From Hormiphora californensis (Eukaryota; Animalia; Ctenophora): a DNA stretch of 64,000 nt. Both the position numbers and the translations under genes were made by a program. Below are positions 1 to 12,100 of this stretch, piece after piece (the stretch's first letter is position 1; each line of letters starts with the position of its first letter). A model generated the notes under the pieces. That model searched no databases, was not told where the DNA came from, and saw only the letters and a list, made by a program, of their open reading frames with translations. The DNA lies in NCBI GenBank assembly GCA_020137815.1, contig CM035360.1, positions 744,001 through 808,000 on the forward strand, in the 5' to 3' direction.

Positions 1-913
1 GGAAACCCCTTTTATTGGGGGGGGGCCCGGGGGGTGGGGGGGGGGGCCCCCCCGTGGGGGCAGGTAAAAAGCGAATTTTGGGACAAAGTGAAGTGAGGGT
101 TTTAAACTTGCGTTGAAAATTTTATCAAACGCGTGCCCCCACATTGTCTACCCTTCATTATACCGTCTGTCTAACTAAATCTCTCTCCCCAGAGTTCCAT
201 CCCTGTTCATACACGTTCCGCCTAACAGCTCCTCTGATCAACTCAAGTTGTAATTTCAACTGATTGCCGAGGGGGGGGGGGGGTCGTTATAATATCAGAC
301 ACGTTTAATCTTGCCTGGTTCCCACGATTCCTTCCTCTCCCGATTCCCTTCTTTTCCGACGAATATTATTTTCACATCCCCTCCCAACGACTCTCTCATC
401 TCCCCATCTCGGGATAACAACTCCCTCCCCAGCTCCCCTCCCCTCCCCGGCCCCCTCTTTGCTCGGTAGAAGAAAAGTGAAGCGTGGCACGTTCTTACAG
501 CGAGGTGCGAGATTGGGGAGGGAGAGATAGCTACAATATTATATATCCACACGTTACGACCATTACTTAAACAAACATCCGGGTAGGAGCGGGGGGTCAC
601 GTGATATTAGAACCAATAGGACCAACCTCCCCGCCATTGGGTGATTTGTTTGGAGTTGTAAATCTATCATTCTATATCATTCGCACATTCTATACCATTC
701 TCATCTCTCTTCTCTTCTATCAGTATCTCTCTCTCCCTCTCCTCTCTCTCCCAAGTGGGTGTGTGTTATAACACCAAAAGCTGTTAGCTACTCCAGTAAG
801 AGCAAAGCCCAGTGCAGGACAACTCTCTTCATTTCTGTAGAAAAGAGGGAGAGAAGTTGAAGCGAATCCTAAACTTTTTTCCTACAAGACAGGACGAGAA
901 TTAACTTACCAAC

Positions 914-957
914 TGTCTGTGTGCCTGTCTGTGTGTCTGTCTGCCTGTGTGTCTGTG

Positions 958-1023
<66 letters not shown>
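914..1023. repeat. (TCTG)n microsatellite
   Basis: Visible tandem repeat; explains the spurious SVCL-rich ORF. Confidence 0.9.
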
Positions 1024-1024
<1 letters not shown>

Positions 1025-1726
1025 TTTCGTGCTTTCTACCATCTTGCCATTTCCTTCCAGTCCAGACAGATGTGTCGTTAGAAGACTCGTTAGACTAGGT
1101 ATGTCGCTAGAAGACTCGTTAGGACACTATAGCCGCTAGGTAATATGAGTCATTAGACTAGGTATGTTTAGTGGTCAGAATATTGTTTATGTTTTAGTTA
1201 AGTGGGCTAATTAAGAGCGCCATTAGCACCATCTTTCTTTCTAGGATGAGCCCGTTATCGGAATATTTAGAACGCGAGGTGCTGGCCGGGCTAATCGCCG
1301 AATAGAGACGAAATCTTTGACATAAGTTGTTGTAGTTTCAGCATTAACGATCCATTATACGTCAACTGGTCATCATGGTTGTCATGTCATATCGAGAGCT
1401 GAACAGTGGCTCTGATGTTGTCATGTCATATCGAGAGACTAGGAACAGTGGCTCTGATGGTGTCATCATATCGAGAGACTAGTACCAGCCGCTCCAACCA
1501 ACCATATCGAGACTAGGAACAGATGTCATGTTGCTTGATATCTCTCAAAGAATGACCCACCCTAGCCATCTCTGATGTTTTAAAAGAATGACCCACCCTC
1601 CCTCGCGTGAGAGGGTATATAGTGAATTGGTTGGACATGGAATTAATCTGTCACGATTAGACTGGTTCACTTGCAACAAAGCGACCCTTCGGCGACGAGA
1701 GAGGGAGAGAGATAGGGAGAGAGAGC

Positions 1727-1790
<64 letters not shown>

Positions 1791-2295
1791 ACGAAACAAC
1801 TTAACTTACAGTACTGTAAGGAAATAGTGTGAAAGAGCAATACACCCCAAGATGGAATCGACCCCCATGCCACTTAGTGAATCAGTTTCCTTGTTTGATC
1901 CCCTCCCCTCGAGGGAGTAAGTCACACCTACTGGACAAACAACCGATTATATCCCAACTCCTATTACCCACTAAACTATCGTAACTTCTTGAATGTGCGT
2001 CTGTCTGTGAAGCAATACGTCTGAAACTCAGAGGAACCCCGTGCTCTATAATCTACCACTACGTTACTCTCTACTCCTCTCTAATTCTATTTTCTATATA
2101 TATTTCTTTTCAATATCACTATCTTTTCATTTTTTACCGTATGCACTAAACTGATTTCCAATCCGTCACGTGGTACAATCATTAGCAATATCAATAATAA
2201 TGCCTGTTCACTGTCCACTGGAAAAAACGTGCGATTACACCTGTGCAGCACCACTAGCGTATCACGTGATAGAGAGAGAGAAAGAGAGAGGGGGA

Positions 2296-2347
<52 letters not shown>

Positions 2348-4633
2348 GCTAGATTCTCGCGAACAGTAAAACTAAATTACTCAGTAATCGGATTGGGTCA
2401 ACCTCGGTTTTTGCAAATTCAATCGGTTGACTATTCAGCTGAGTCATGATAATAAAAAACGGAGTAAGATCGGCTAAGGGGGCGCATTGTATGGTGTGAA
2501 CAGTACCAGGTGCAAGCCGCTAGACAAAAGTGCAGTGGAGATCAGTAAAAATGGTGATCTATCTGCACTCTCTCTCTAACTGCAGGTTATAGTGAGTGAT
2601 CTATCTCTTATAACAGGGGCCGTGCACCAGATAACCAGATTAGCAACTCGGCATAAGCTGGTATGCGGGGGAGGAGGGGGGGGGGGGTATTTACCAATTG
2701 AATCGGAGAATATGTCTTTTCTTGAACAATAAAAAACTCATGTAAACCTAAAACCCACTGCATGCTGCACAAAGTTATAAAAAGCAGGTCCTAAGTCCTA
2801 ATATTTTACGAGTTGCAATGAGTAATGCGACGTAGGCCTAATGCATATATCAGCCATCAGGGTCAGGCTATTAATTTGTATCAAAGGCTCATGTAAGGTA
2901 AATTACTACAACACTGCAAATAGGGCTCATAATAATTAAAGTTGGTCAAGGAATAGTGCGGGTTTACACAGTATATCTGTAGATACCGTAGAAATAAGTA
3001 TCTTTAGCACGGTGCAATAAGGCACGCATGCCATGTGACCCCCCTGTATAATGCGACAACAACTGATCAAGAGATATACTAACATCTTGTAAACTCATCC
3101 CTTACTAAGTAAGTTACTTTATAACTAGAACATGATCAACCTGTACTTTAATATATCTAGCACTTGAACACCCTTTTCAGGTAGAAATCGGTATCTAGCG
3201 TGTACGCTGCAATATGTTCACTTACCCGGTCGCTTGTAGTGGGAAAATGGTAATGGAAAACGGAGACACGGTAAGAAGACGCGCAACCGTGGCCAATCAG
3301 TGCGCTAGTACGTGCTGACACATGCACTTTTTGCCGCGTGTTATGCAAAGTCTGCGTCTTATTACTGTAATTCCATGACGGTAATGCCACTACAAGCGGC
3401 AGCGTTAGGGAAAACGGAAGAGTTACCAAGTTGGGGAACACCTTAGAGGGGCACTATATATTTAACTGAAAGAGCTCCGAATACGATTACTGTTTCCCCA
3501 GGGACGATCGATCTACCGAACCCTCACAGAGCGCCCACACAACGAAATGGCGCCCCGCTAGAATTCTATACGAGATACGGGCTGAACAATGACTGAAACA
3601 TCAATTAGGGCGGTGATCCGTATCGGGTAAAGTGCGACTATTCGCCTGTTCAATGCGGGGCGGTTCACTTAAGATATAGTGGTGCAGTGGGGCAATATAT
3701 CAGTGGGCACTTAAACCTAAACCCCCCTCCATATACATGATATAAATATGAGGTCAGATTTAAAAGCATTTTATCTAAAAACTTAAAATTACTGAAAGGC
3801 TTTCCGTTCTATATAATATTTCCATTGAAGACTGGTTGTAAAAGCAGGATTTTAATAAGAGCGGCGATTGGAGCTCAAATAATCAGATAATCAGAGGGAG
3901 ATCCCCCCTTCAAATACCTCATGAGATGGTTGCTGCAGCTGCAGGATGAGGAGCCACGTTGCTATCAAGAGGGGGTGATCATCCTTTGTTTTCAGGCATC
4001 GGAGTATTTCCAGTCTCCCCCATCTCTCTTTCCAGTCCTCGCATCTCTCTCTCTATCTCTGAAAAACTCTCCCCGCCTCGTTTAATCGTGGAAATCTGTG
4101 CCGTCGTGCCCATTGTCATGCCCTAATAGAGGTGTGGGAGGGAGTCATCATGGGATGGAGGGGGGATTATCTGATTCAGGGTGATTGGCGCCAACTAGGG
4201 CTCACCACCCATTGACTATCTTTTTACTACGATTTAACCAGAGGACAATGGATTTGTCTTTTGTTAACGTAATGGAGATTGAAAGTAAGGTAAAACATGT
4301 GAAAACAGGAGATCATGAGGGGACGGAGCTAAAGAAAGAGAGGGCTGGGAGGTCTAATTAGGGGAGCCGGGCAGGGCAAATAACATATAGAATCGGGGGG
4401 ATATATGAAAAGAAATATCAGTTCTGCCGGAGACAAAAGGATTAAACGTGATTTAAAACATGGAATAATGTGGTCAAAAATATATACCTTCACTATCTTG
4501 TTAGATAGCTAGAGAGAGAGTTTGCTTTCACAATCATGATATATATGGGCTTTACAAAGCCAGTCATGTCCATAAATGGGTAATATAAAAACCGGCTATG
4601 ACCTTATATAATATGAGTATAAACCCGGTTATA

Positions 4634-7600
4634 TTATCTGTGCTCAAAGAGTTGTTTCTCGGAGTTATAAACAAAAGGTAAAATATTGGCTGGCCCCTTG
4701 AACTTGTTAAGGAAGAATTTGATCTGAGGCTCCACTCCCATACCCTCTAGATACACATCTAGCAGGAGACACAGCCGTGACACAACTTTAGTTAGCAGAT
4801 AGTTCTCGTTATCTACAACCAGTTCGGAGATGTGGACATTTAGTTCCTCTTCCATAGATCTGAGATTGTTGGGCTCCGATCCGGATATGTGGAGGGTGAT
4901 GAAGGGAGGGGTGTCAGGGTAGCGGAGAGGCAGGGCCAGGTACGCTTTACAAGTGGATTTGGCACGTTTAACCATGATCTAGGGGGGGGGGGGTTAGTGT
5001 TAAACTTGCCTAGTGATTAGAATGAGGATGAAAGATATGAGAATGAAAGATAAGAGAAAAAAGAGGCAAAAAGTGTTCAGTTCTGGCTCGTTTTTTTAGA
5101 AGATGGTATATAATACCTCATACAGTGCATCTCTATCAGATACATGCTTCTTCATTAGTTCAGGTAGATTTTCAATATCAGCTTCCTTCCACATTGACAA
5201 CTCTGTGAGAATTGTGGGTTGCGGTATCGCTCCTTCCTTCACCAGCTTGCTAGATGACAGATTCCTGCAGAAGAGTTGAGAATCATTGCACGTCTGGAGG
5301 GGGTACTCATGGTAAGAATTCTCACGTCTCTCTCTCTATAGGGCACGCGGTGCTAGATTTGCAATAGTAGATATACCAGACAAAATAGGAGCATCGAGGG
5401 GAGGGGGGCATTATTTGGAAGAAAGGAACAAGAACTTACTGTTCGATGGAAGATAGTGTCTGGCACTACCAGTATAACGTTTTAGTATACGGTGTACTAC
5501 CAGAATAATAATCAGTTTTAGTATATGCTGTGGAAATTCTACTCAGAAAAATAATAAGTACTTGAGTCGCCTTGCTCTACCCTGTCTCACCCTGTCACAG
5601 AATTGGCAGCTGACAGCTCACACAACACATGATGGTTAGTTACCTGAGCTGGTATTTGAGAGAAAGTCTGGCAAGACATCTCTTTTTAACAGCTGACAGG
5701 AACCCAGGAACAGTTTCCATGCTCAGTTTGATGTCCAGTCCGTCCCCTGATGTGTACCCTGTTATTCCAGCCAGCCGCTGGGCCCAAAGAAAGGGCCTGC
5801 CTAGTGAGGCTGGGATCTTGGATTTACTGGGGAGACTGTATTTGTTGAGGAGTGAGGCCATTTCAGGGTTTGGGCATTCGTCCCCGTAGTCCCCCTCCCA
5901 GAGGTCACATAGCAGCTCCTTGCTGGACATGTAGTCAGTTCCCTGGCAGATTTACCGGTTGTGATTTGTCTCTTAATACTCTGATAAATTACAGCGACAA
6001 TCATCTTAACTCACCACAGAGAATTTCTCCCTCCAAGGACTAGAAGTTGTAATCATAAGAGATATTCCGACAGTAACAATTCTTAGTTTCAGCAGATACG
6101 TGAACAAGACCTTAGCATGTACACCATCATCACAAGGAACAATAACCTGAGACAAAGACTTGTTAAATTATTTCAGAAAACAGTTTCTCACTCAATGAAA
6201 ATGTTTTATTTATCAGTACATTTATCTTTTTACGGGAAAATTTCACAAAACACCAACCTCGACTGTCAGGGGATGGGCTTTAAAAACTTTCTTTTTTCCA
6301 GGATCTTGAGCGGCACTTCGTCTCTTTGAGTGCTTTCCTTCATTGTCAATCGGTTCATCGATATCACTGAATAGAAACAGAGATGTTATACGGTTGAGAA
6401 ATAGGCTAATGAAACCGCGAAATTCACGGCTCCGAGTAAAAGTTTTGATGAAGGAGTAACTAAAAAATTCACTTCTACGAAAATCCAGAAAATGATCGCT
6501 CTTTCGCTTGACTTTATTTCTTTAACTATGCAATGCAAGAAATCGCTTCGGAGTGTATTGAAGTAGACTGCAGAAAGGTATCCGTGGAAACTGTCACAGC
6601 CTCACTGTGTGAAAATTGTTCAAGAGCGTTCGAAGACGATGTTCCAGATGAACCCAGGACTTTCAAGAACCGAGTTGATCGGATTATGAAATCCAATACG
6701 TTTCAAGCCATTATTGTTGTGCTTGTTGCGATTGATCTAATGCTGGTTACGTTCGAGCTCTGTGCAACTATGGATGTCGCCAAGCTAACCAGCAAAGACA
6801 ATCAGAAAAGAGTTATTTGCTGTATCCACATAGCAAGCTGCAGTATCCTTTTCCTGTTTATTTTGGAAATTATTGTTCGCCTGGTTATCAATCCCAAGGT
6901 ACTGTGGACAAAATGGGAGATATTTGATATTGTGGTAGTGCTGGCCTCGATCACGATCGACATTCTCCATATTTTCCCGAGCATGGTGACTGCAGCAGCC
7001 GAATTTATAATCGTTGGACGACTTGCTAGGGTCGCTCGGGTGGTCAACGGGACATTCAGTACGCTCAGAATTCGTAAAGGAGTGAAAATCCAGTTGCTCA
7101 AGAAAGAAAATGCGATGTTGAAAAAGAAAATTGAAGATCTTAAAAAGAGTTTGTGATTTATTTTGAAATACCTAGAATCGTTTGTCTTTGCTCTCTCAAT
7201 ATCCCCATTTATAGTTACCACAGCTCCCGACCCTAGGTACTCACTATATCCAACAACCTATCAAAGTAGAATTAAGTGTTTTAAAACATCTCTTTGGCAG
7301 ATGGCCTACTTCTAAAAAAGCACTTAAATAATATCACTTTGAAATGAGATTTTCCGAGAAACCTGACTATAAATGTTGTAAAGCTCAGGAGGGAGCCACG
7401 CAGACATCTCTGCCTGAGTGCGACGCTGTACCATTTTCAGACCAAGGAAGTCCTGCACCTGAAATGAATGAATGATATTTGTCGCCTAGAAACTAAAACT
7501 TGGGCATGAACCATTTTCTTTCTCTCTCCTGCTTCTAACTTTTTTCTCTCTCTCTCTCTCCCTCTCTGATCTCCCTCTCTCTCCTGCCGTGCCAAAAGCA

Positions 7601-8892
7601 CTATCCCTCCGTTACCTGAGTAGTTGAAGCAAGAAGTTCGTCTAATTGAGGAGGGAGAGAGCTCATATACTCCTCTAGTTTCTTAATCTCCGTCTGAAGA
7701 TCTTTCTTTTTCTTTTCCCATGTTTCTAGTTTACTCTTCATCCTGGCAGAGAGATGTGATTAGAGTTAACTGGAGAAAAACCCTGTATTCAGAAAGTCTG
7801 AGTGTATATTAACAAGTGAGCTATTCATCAAGGGGTATCCAGCGAGTTGTTTCAATACACATACCCCTTTCTCTGCTCCAGTTCCCATTCCAATCTCCGA
7901 ACCATTTGCTGATGTTTTGTCCCCCCAGGTTTCCCTCCCTCAGTGGTCATCCACTCCCCCTCAGGGATCAGACACAGCTCCTCATCTAGAGACCTGATAG
8001 GATAATGTTATGATTTGGTGTGTTAATTGACCTGAATCAACGTGGTGTGATATCCTGTATCACAAGTTAGGTCGTGCGCGTCGTGCTGACACTGAGTCCT
8101 TTCATCAGAACAAATGTGCGCGGCGTACGCTATCAACACACACTTTGGGATGTTGAGGGGGTGATCCCTGTATTGATCTCACGTGGTTCGAAGTTTGGTC
8201 AGGCATAGAAGACTCGGGATGTTACAAAGGTGAACAAATTTCAATAGCAAAACAGACGTTTCGGCGTAAAATAGCCCTCATCAGTGAGCACACTTTGGGA
8301 GCCTTTGATCTCAATATCGAGAGGCCTTGTTTCACAAAAGACTGTCCTCTCCGAACCGATCTTACAAGATAGTATGCTGTATGAACAAGACAAGGGTTTT
8401 CATACTACAACGTGACTGGTTTGGAGAGGGCAGTCTTTTGTGAAGAATACCTTACCCACTAAAACCAGACATGGCAAATATAGCTAATCGACTAACTTGA
8501 ATGTATGGCACTTCTGGATTTCTCGTTGCAGGTAGATTTCCTCAAATTGTAAATTCTTCAGCATCAAATCTTTGCTGTCTAGCTTCTTTTTTAACTGAAA
8601 GGAAGGCGAGAAAATTGTGATCAAATCTTGACTTGCAAGAACAACACAAATATAATCGACCCTAAATGAAGTTTCAGTTTTATCTCATAACCAATACCTG
8701 ATGTGTGTTGTCTCTAACCCTCTTGCACTGCTGCTGTGCTTTGCAGTTGTACTTCTTTAGTTGAGAGAAGAAAACCATACACTCCTCAAGAGCAGTGTCA
8801 CTCTTTCCGTCCTTCAGCAGTCCTAGAGCTCCAGATAGTTGGGCACAGATCTTCTTGTACAGACCACACGCGTCAACAGCCCCTGTTGACAT
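4634..8892 (-). CDS. THOC5: THO complex subunit 5 (FMIP), about 11 coding exons
   Basis: Manually spliced GT-AG exons: 8892-8698, 8594-8497, 7993-7865, 7742-7616, 7458-7363, 7257-7172, 6366-6258, 6146-6015, 5942-5644, 5249-5117, 4978-4634. Translation gives THOC5-like motifs LKNLQFEEIYLQREIQKCHTFKS, HQQMVRRLEWELEQRK, LPPELY, HPLTV, GDYGDECPNP, RPFLWAQRLAG, LCLLLDVYLE. Confidence 0.9.
6533..7156 (+). CDS. HVCN1: Voltage-gated proton channel Hv1-like, intronless, nested antisense in a THOC5 intron
   Basis: 207-aa ORF with four TM helices: S1 IVVLVAIDLMLVTFEL (D112/E119 equivalents), S2 ILFLFILEI (F150/E153), S3 WEIFDIVVVLASITIDI (D174/D185), S4 RLARVARVVNG. C-terminal coiled coil LKKENAMLKKKIEDLKK; no pore domain. 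Confidence 0.88.
   Translation: MQEIASECIEVDCRKVSVETVTASLCENCSRAFEDDVPDEPRTFKNRVDRIMKSNTFQAIIVVLVAIDLMLVTFELCATMDVAKLTSKDNQKRVICCIHIASCSILFLFILEIIVRLVINPKVLWTKWEIFDIVVVLASITIDILHIFPSMVTAAAEFIIVGRLARVARVVNGTFSTLRIRKGVKIQLLKKENAMLKKKIEDLKKSL
8151..8288 (-). mobile_element. Short insert with a degenerate Penelope-type hammerhead motif and 12-bp flanking direct repeat
   Basis: Minus strand reads CTGATGA-GGGC..GCC-GAAAC-GTCT-GTT; CACACTTTGGGA occurs at 8139-8150 and 8289-8300. Confidence 0.6.
8331..8445. mobile_element. Small inverted-repeat element (MITE-like)
   Basis: TTCACAAAAGACTGTCCTCTCCGAACC ... GGTTTGGAGAGGGCAGTCTTTTGTGAA. Confidence 0.5.
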
Positions 8893-9139
8893 GCTTCAAA
8901 CTAGGTCAAAATATACAAATATTAGCCAATATAATGAGCCTTTAGAATGACTCAGAGTTGATCTTGAAACAAATCACAATTCCAATTAATTAGGATCGGT
9001 TTAAGCAAAAATGTACAGATTAACACATTTCACAATAAAGATAGGGCGGTCCAAAAAATATAGATTTCATAAGATACATCCCACATACACAAAAACACAA
9101 TCTTGTCCCCCCCCCTAACTCCAAGTCAAACTCACGTCT

Positions 9140-12100
9140 CTACTCTCCAATCTGTGTTGCAGTAGTAAATTTGTGATAGTCCTTACTACTGACACTCAGT
9201 ACTGTCCCATTCCTAATTTCCCCACATATCCCTCTAACTAGGTTGGTATAGAATTGTTGCTCTCTAGGAAACTCAGTATACCGCTCAACGTGGTCCAAAC
9301 CGTCTTGCAGTTTGAGGGTTAGGGAATCATAGTTCGATCGGACAATCTCCATGACCTAGTGTGTGAGAGAGAGTTAGAACTAAACTGGCAAGGTTTGTTT
9401 CTATAGCAGATATATATTACCTCTTCTGGTTTGGGTGTTGAGATCTTGTTTGTCTTGGACCATGCCTCAATTTTAGGGGCAAAGTGGTTCACCAAGGCTC
9501 GAATATTGTGGAGACTAGACAATAGTTCCCGACACAAATCTTTATAATGCGACCCTGTGAAGAGGTAAGACCATTTTTATACGTGGTATGGGTGACTATA
9601 TGATTAATATTATGTGGTGCTAAACAATCGAGGGATATTAGATTCTCCTACCTCGGTTTGAGTATTGTAGTGCCGTTTCATTGAGTGCATCGAACACAGC
9701 GTACTGTCGTAGCACCTCATAATACAGTTCATCATAAGAATCAGGATTGGGTAGAAAGGTGTCTCCGTACATTACAAACATGTTAAATATCTTCCCGACC
9801 TGGGGGTAGACAGGTTGTGAGGGGGGCCCGTTGTGAGTCAAGGAAGGGAATAACAACGAATTTTATTTTCTGTGAGCCGTGCGGGTTCGTTAGATGAATA
9901 CGATACTTCCATAATAAAAGAATATCTTGAGAGACTAATAGTTGGTGAAATCTGGGTGATATAATATACCTAATTATCAATGATTTAATATAAGTATGTG
10001 TACCTGTGTATAATTATCAATGATGGCAGGTGGTCTCCATTCTTCATCTTTACTAAAGAATTGCTGTGGTATTGTGTGGTGTTATGTGTGTTATGTAGTG
10101 TGTGATAATTGAATGTGATCAATGATACTACAACTAGTTAAACTAGTTAGGGCGGGTTATAACTGCACAGGTGCTCCATGATGCTCAAATAAAAACTATG
10201 ACAGTATAATCTTCAGGTGCATAACAAACTATACATTCCTGGATAGCAGCTCCCAGAGATATACATATACTAGTTGTTGTTACATACCTGGATGTAGTTA
10301 TGTATAATCTCAGGTGAATCAAGTTCCAGAGAATTAGACCACTTCACAGCGCTGATCACCGAATTCCATAATCCATTCCAGGGATAGTTCAATCGGACTT
10401 TAGACTTCTTCTCATAGCATAGAACACGGTGAATTACTCGATAACATTTACTAAGGGAATCATTGGTTACAAATTAAGAAACCATCATGTAACCATCATC
10501 TTTCCTTGCAAAACAACTAGGTACCATTAAAAGTTCACTAATTGTACTGGTACTAGTGGTACTAAATATACTAATAGTACTAAAAGGTAGGATTTCCCCG
10601 GTAATTCCATGTAGTACCGACCTGTACAATTCTGTTGGGAAGGATTTAGTAAGGTTGGTGGTTAGGAATTCACTCATCAGATCCAATAGAGTGTATGCGA
10701 GGGACATTGGGGCAGTATCCCCTGTTGCGTCCTTACGGTGCCGCAACTTCTGTAATGTTTGAGAGTATTGAACTGGAAATTAATTAACTTGGTAATTTTA
10801 ATTGCATATCAATAAAGTTAATTCATGTAATTGTAATATTATCCAAATTCCACACATACCGTCCGATAAATGAAAACAGGGAACACCTGATTTTCATCAT
10901 GCATGAAGGCATTTGCATAGTTATCCTCAGTTATGCAAAGTAGAATATTGAAACACAACATGGCAGCAGTGTGGTTGGTTTTAACATCAGAGAAGACGAG
11001 GGAGGAGAAAGTGAGGAATGAAGAAAGCAGATTACTATGACTCTCGACTGATCCCTCCTGATCCTCCCCCTGGGCTGCTGACATCGTCTGAAACAGTGAC
11101 GTCATTGCTTTTCAATAGAGCTACGTAGATTTAATGGGACACCCTGTATAGTTACTATACAGGGTGTCCCATTAAATCTACGTAGTATACGCTAGAGATG
11201 AAGTTTAAACTTTATGAAACTCTGGCAATATTGGGGTACTGACTCCCGGGTAGGGATAAATACCTTCTCATAAAACTGTGAAAATACCTTCTCATAAAAC
11301 TGTGAGTACACACTTTCCAATAAAAACTGTGAAATGAAAGACTGTCTCTCATATACCTGAGTTAGGACGCTAGTAAAGGTCCTATTTAGATGAACTATCT
11401 CGTACAGACTCAGCAGCAGGGAGAGGTCCACAGGTGGTGGTCCATTCTCGTCTCCACTCGCCCAAAACTAGTTAATATACACTTGTTAGAAAAGAGGGAG
11501 TCACTAGCGTACTGGTTAATATACATTTGTTAGAAAAGAGGGAGTCACTAGTTCAAAACCACAAATCAGAAATACATCAATTGGATGTCTGCCTAGTGCC
11601 TAGATCGGACGGGGGAATTGAGGGGTGGAGGAGGGAGGGGGAACAGTAACTAGATCGGGGAGGAGGGTAGGGGGTCACACATACCCATGATGTTAAGTAT
11701 TCCGTGTAGGTTGCTTGGTTCGTGTGTTTTACCGCCAATACCGTGCTAAAAATAAAAAGTAATATTTATATTATAATGCTCAACAAAAAATTATTATTTT
11801 CCAACAAAAAACACTGCTACTGTTTATCTCTAACTCTCTCGTTAGCTTTACTTGCCTGGCTAGACTGTGTTTCGGGCGGGGAGGGTTAGAACATAGCAAA
11901 GCTTTACCTGTTATAGCGTGTAACATAGTTCAGTAGAATTTCACCGAACCCATTTAGTAACAACTCATCATCTGTACCAGATACTTTAATGTGATAGGGG
12001 TTGCTATACTGATAGAGGGGGAATAGGATTAGTAATGGGATTGCTATACTGAGAGAGGGGGAATAGGATTAGTAATGGGATTAGTAATAGAATACAGTAC

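Noticed and set aside
1-120. G-run tract resembling a G-quadruplex
   Set aside because: Looks like homopolymer-inflated, low-quality sequence at the window edge
1060-1305. Possible last exons of an upstream plus-strand gene (..RMSPLSEYLEREVLAGLIAE*)
   Set aside because: Splice-like signals are present, but the peptide is too short and unrecognised
3979-4130. Minus-strand acceptor followed by a short ATG ORF, a possible third cistron after THOC5
   Set aside because: Only about 46 codons, with no recognisable homology
11854-11900. CGAAAC-ACA-GTC half-hammerhead on the minus strand (also near 60910)
   Set aside because: No CTGANGA upstream; part of a small GGGTTAGAACATAA repeat family
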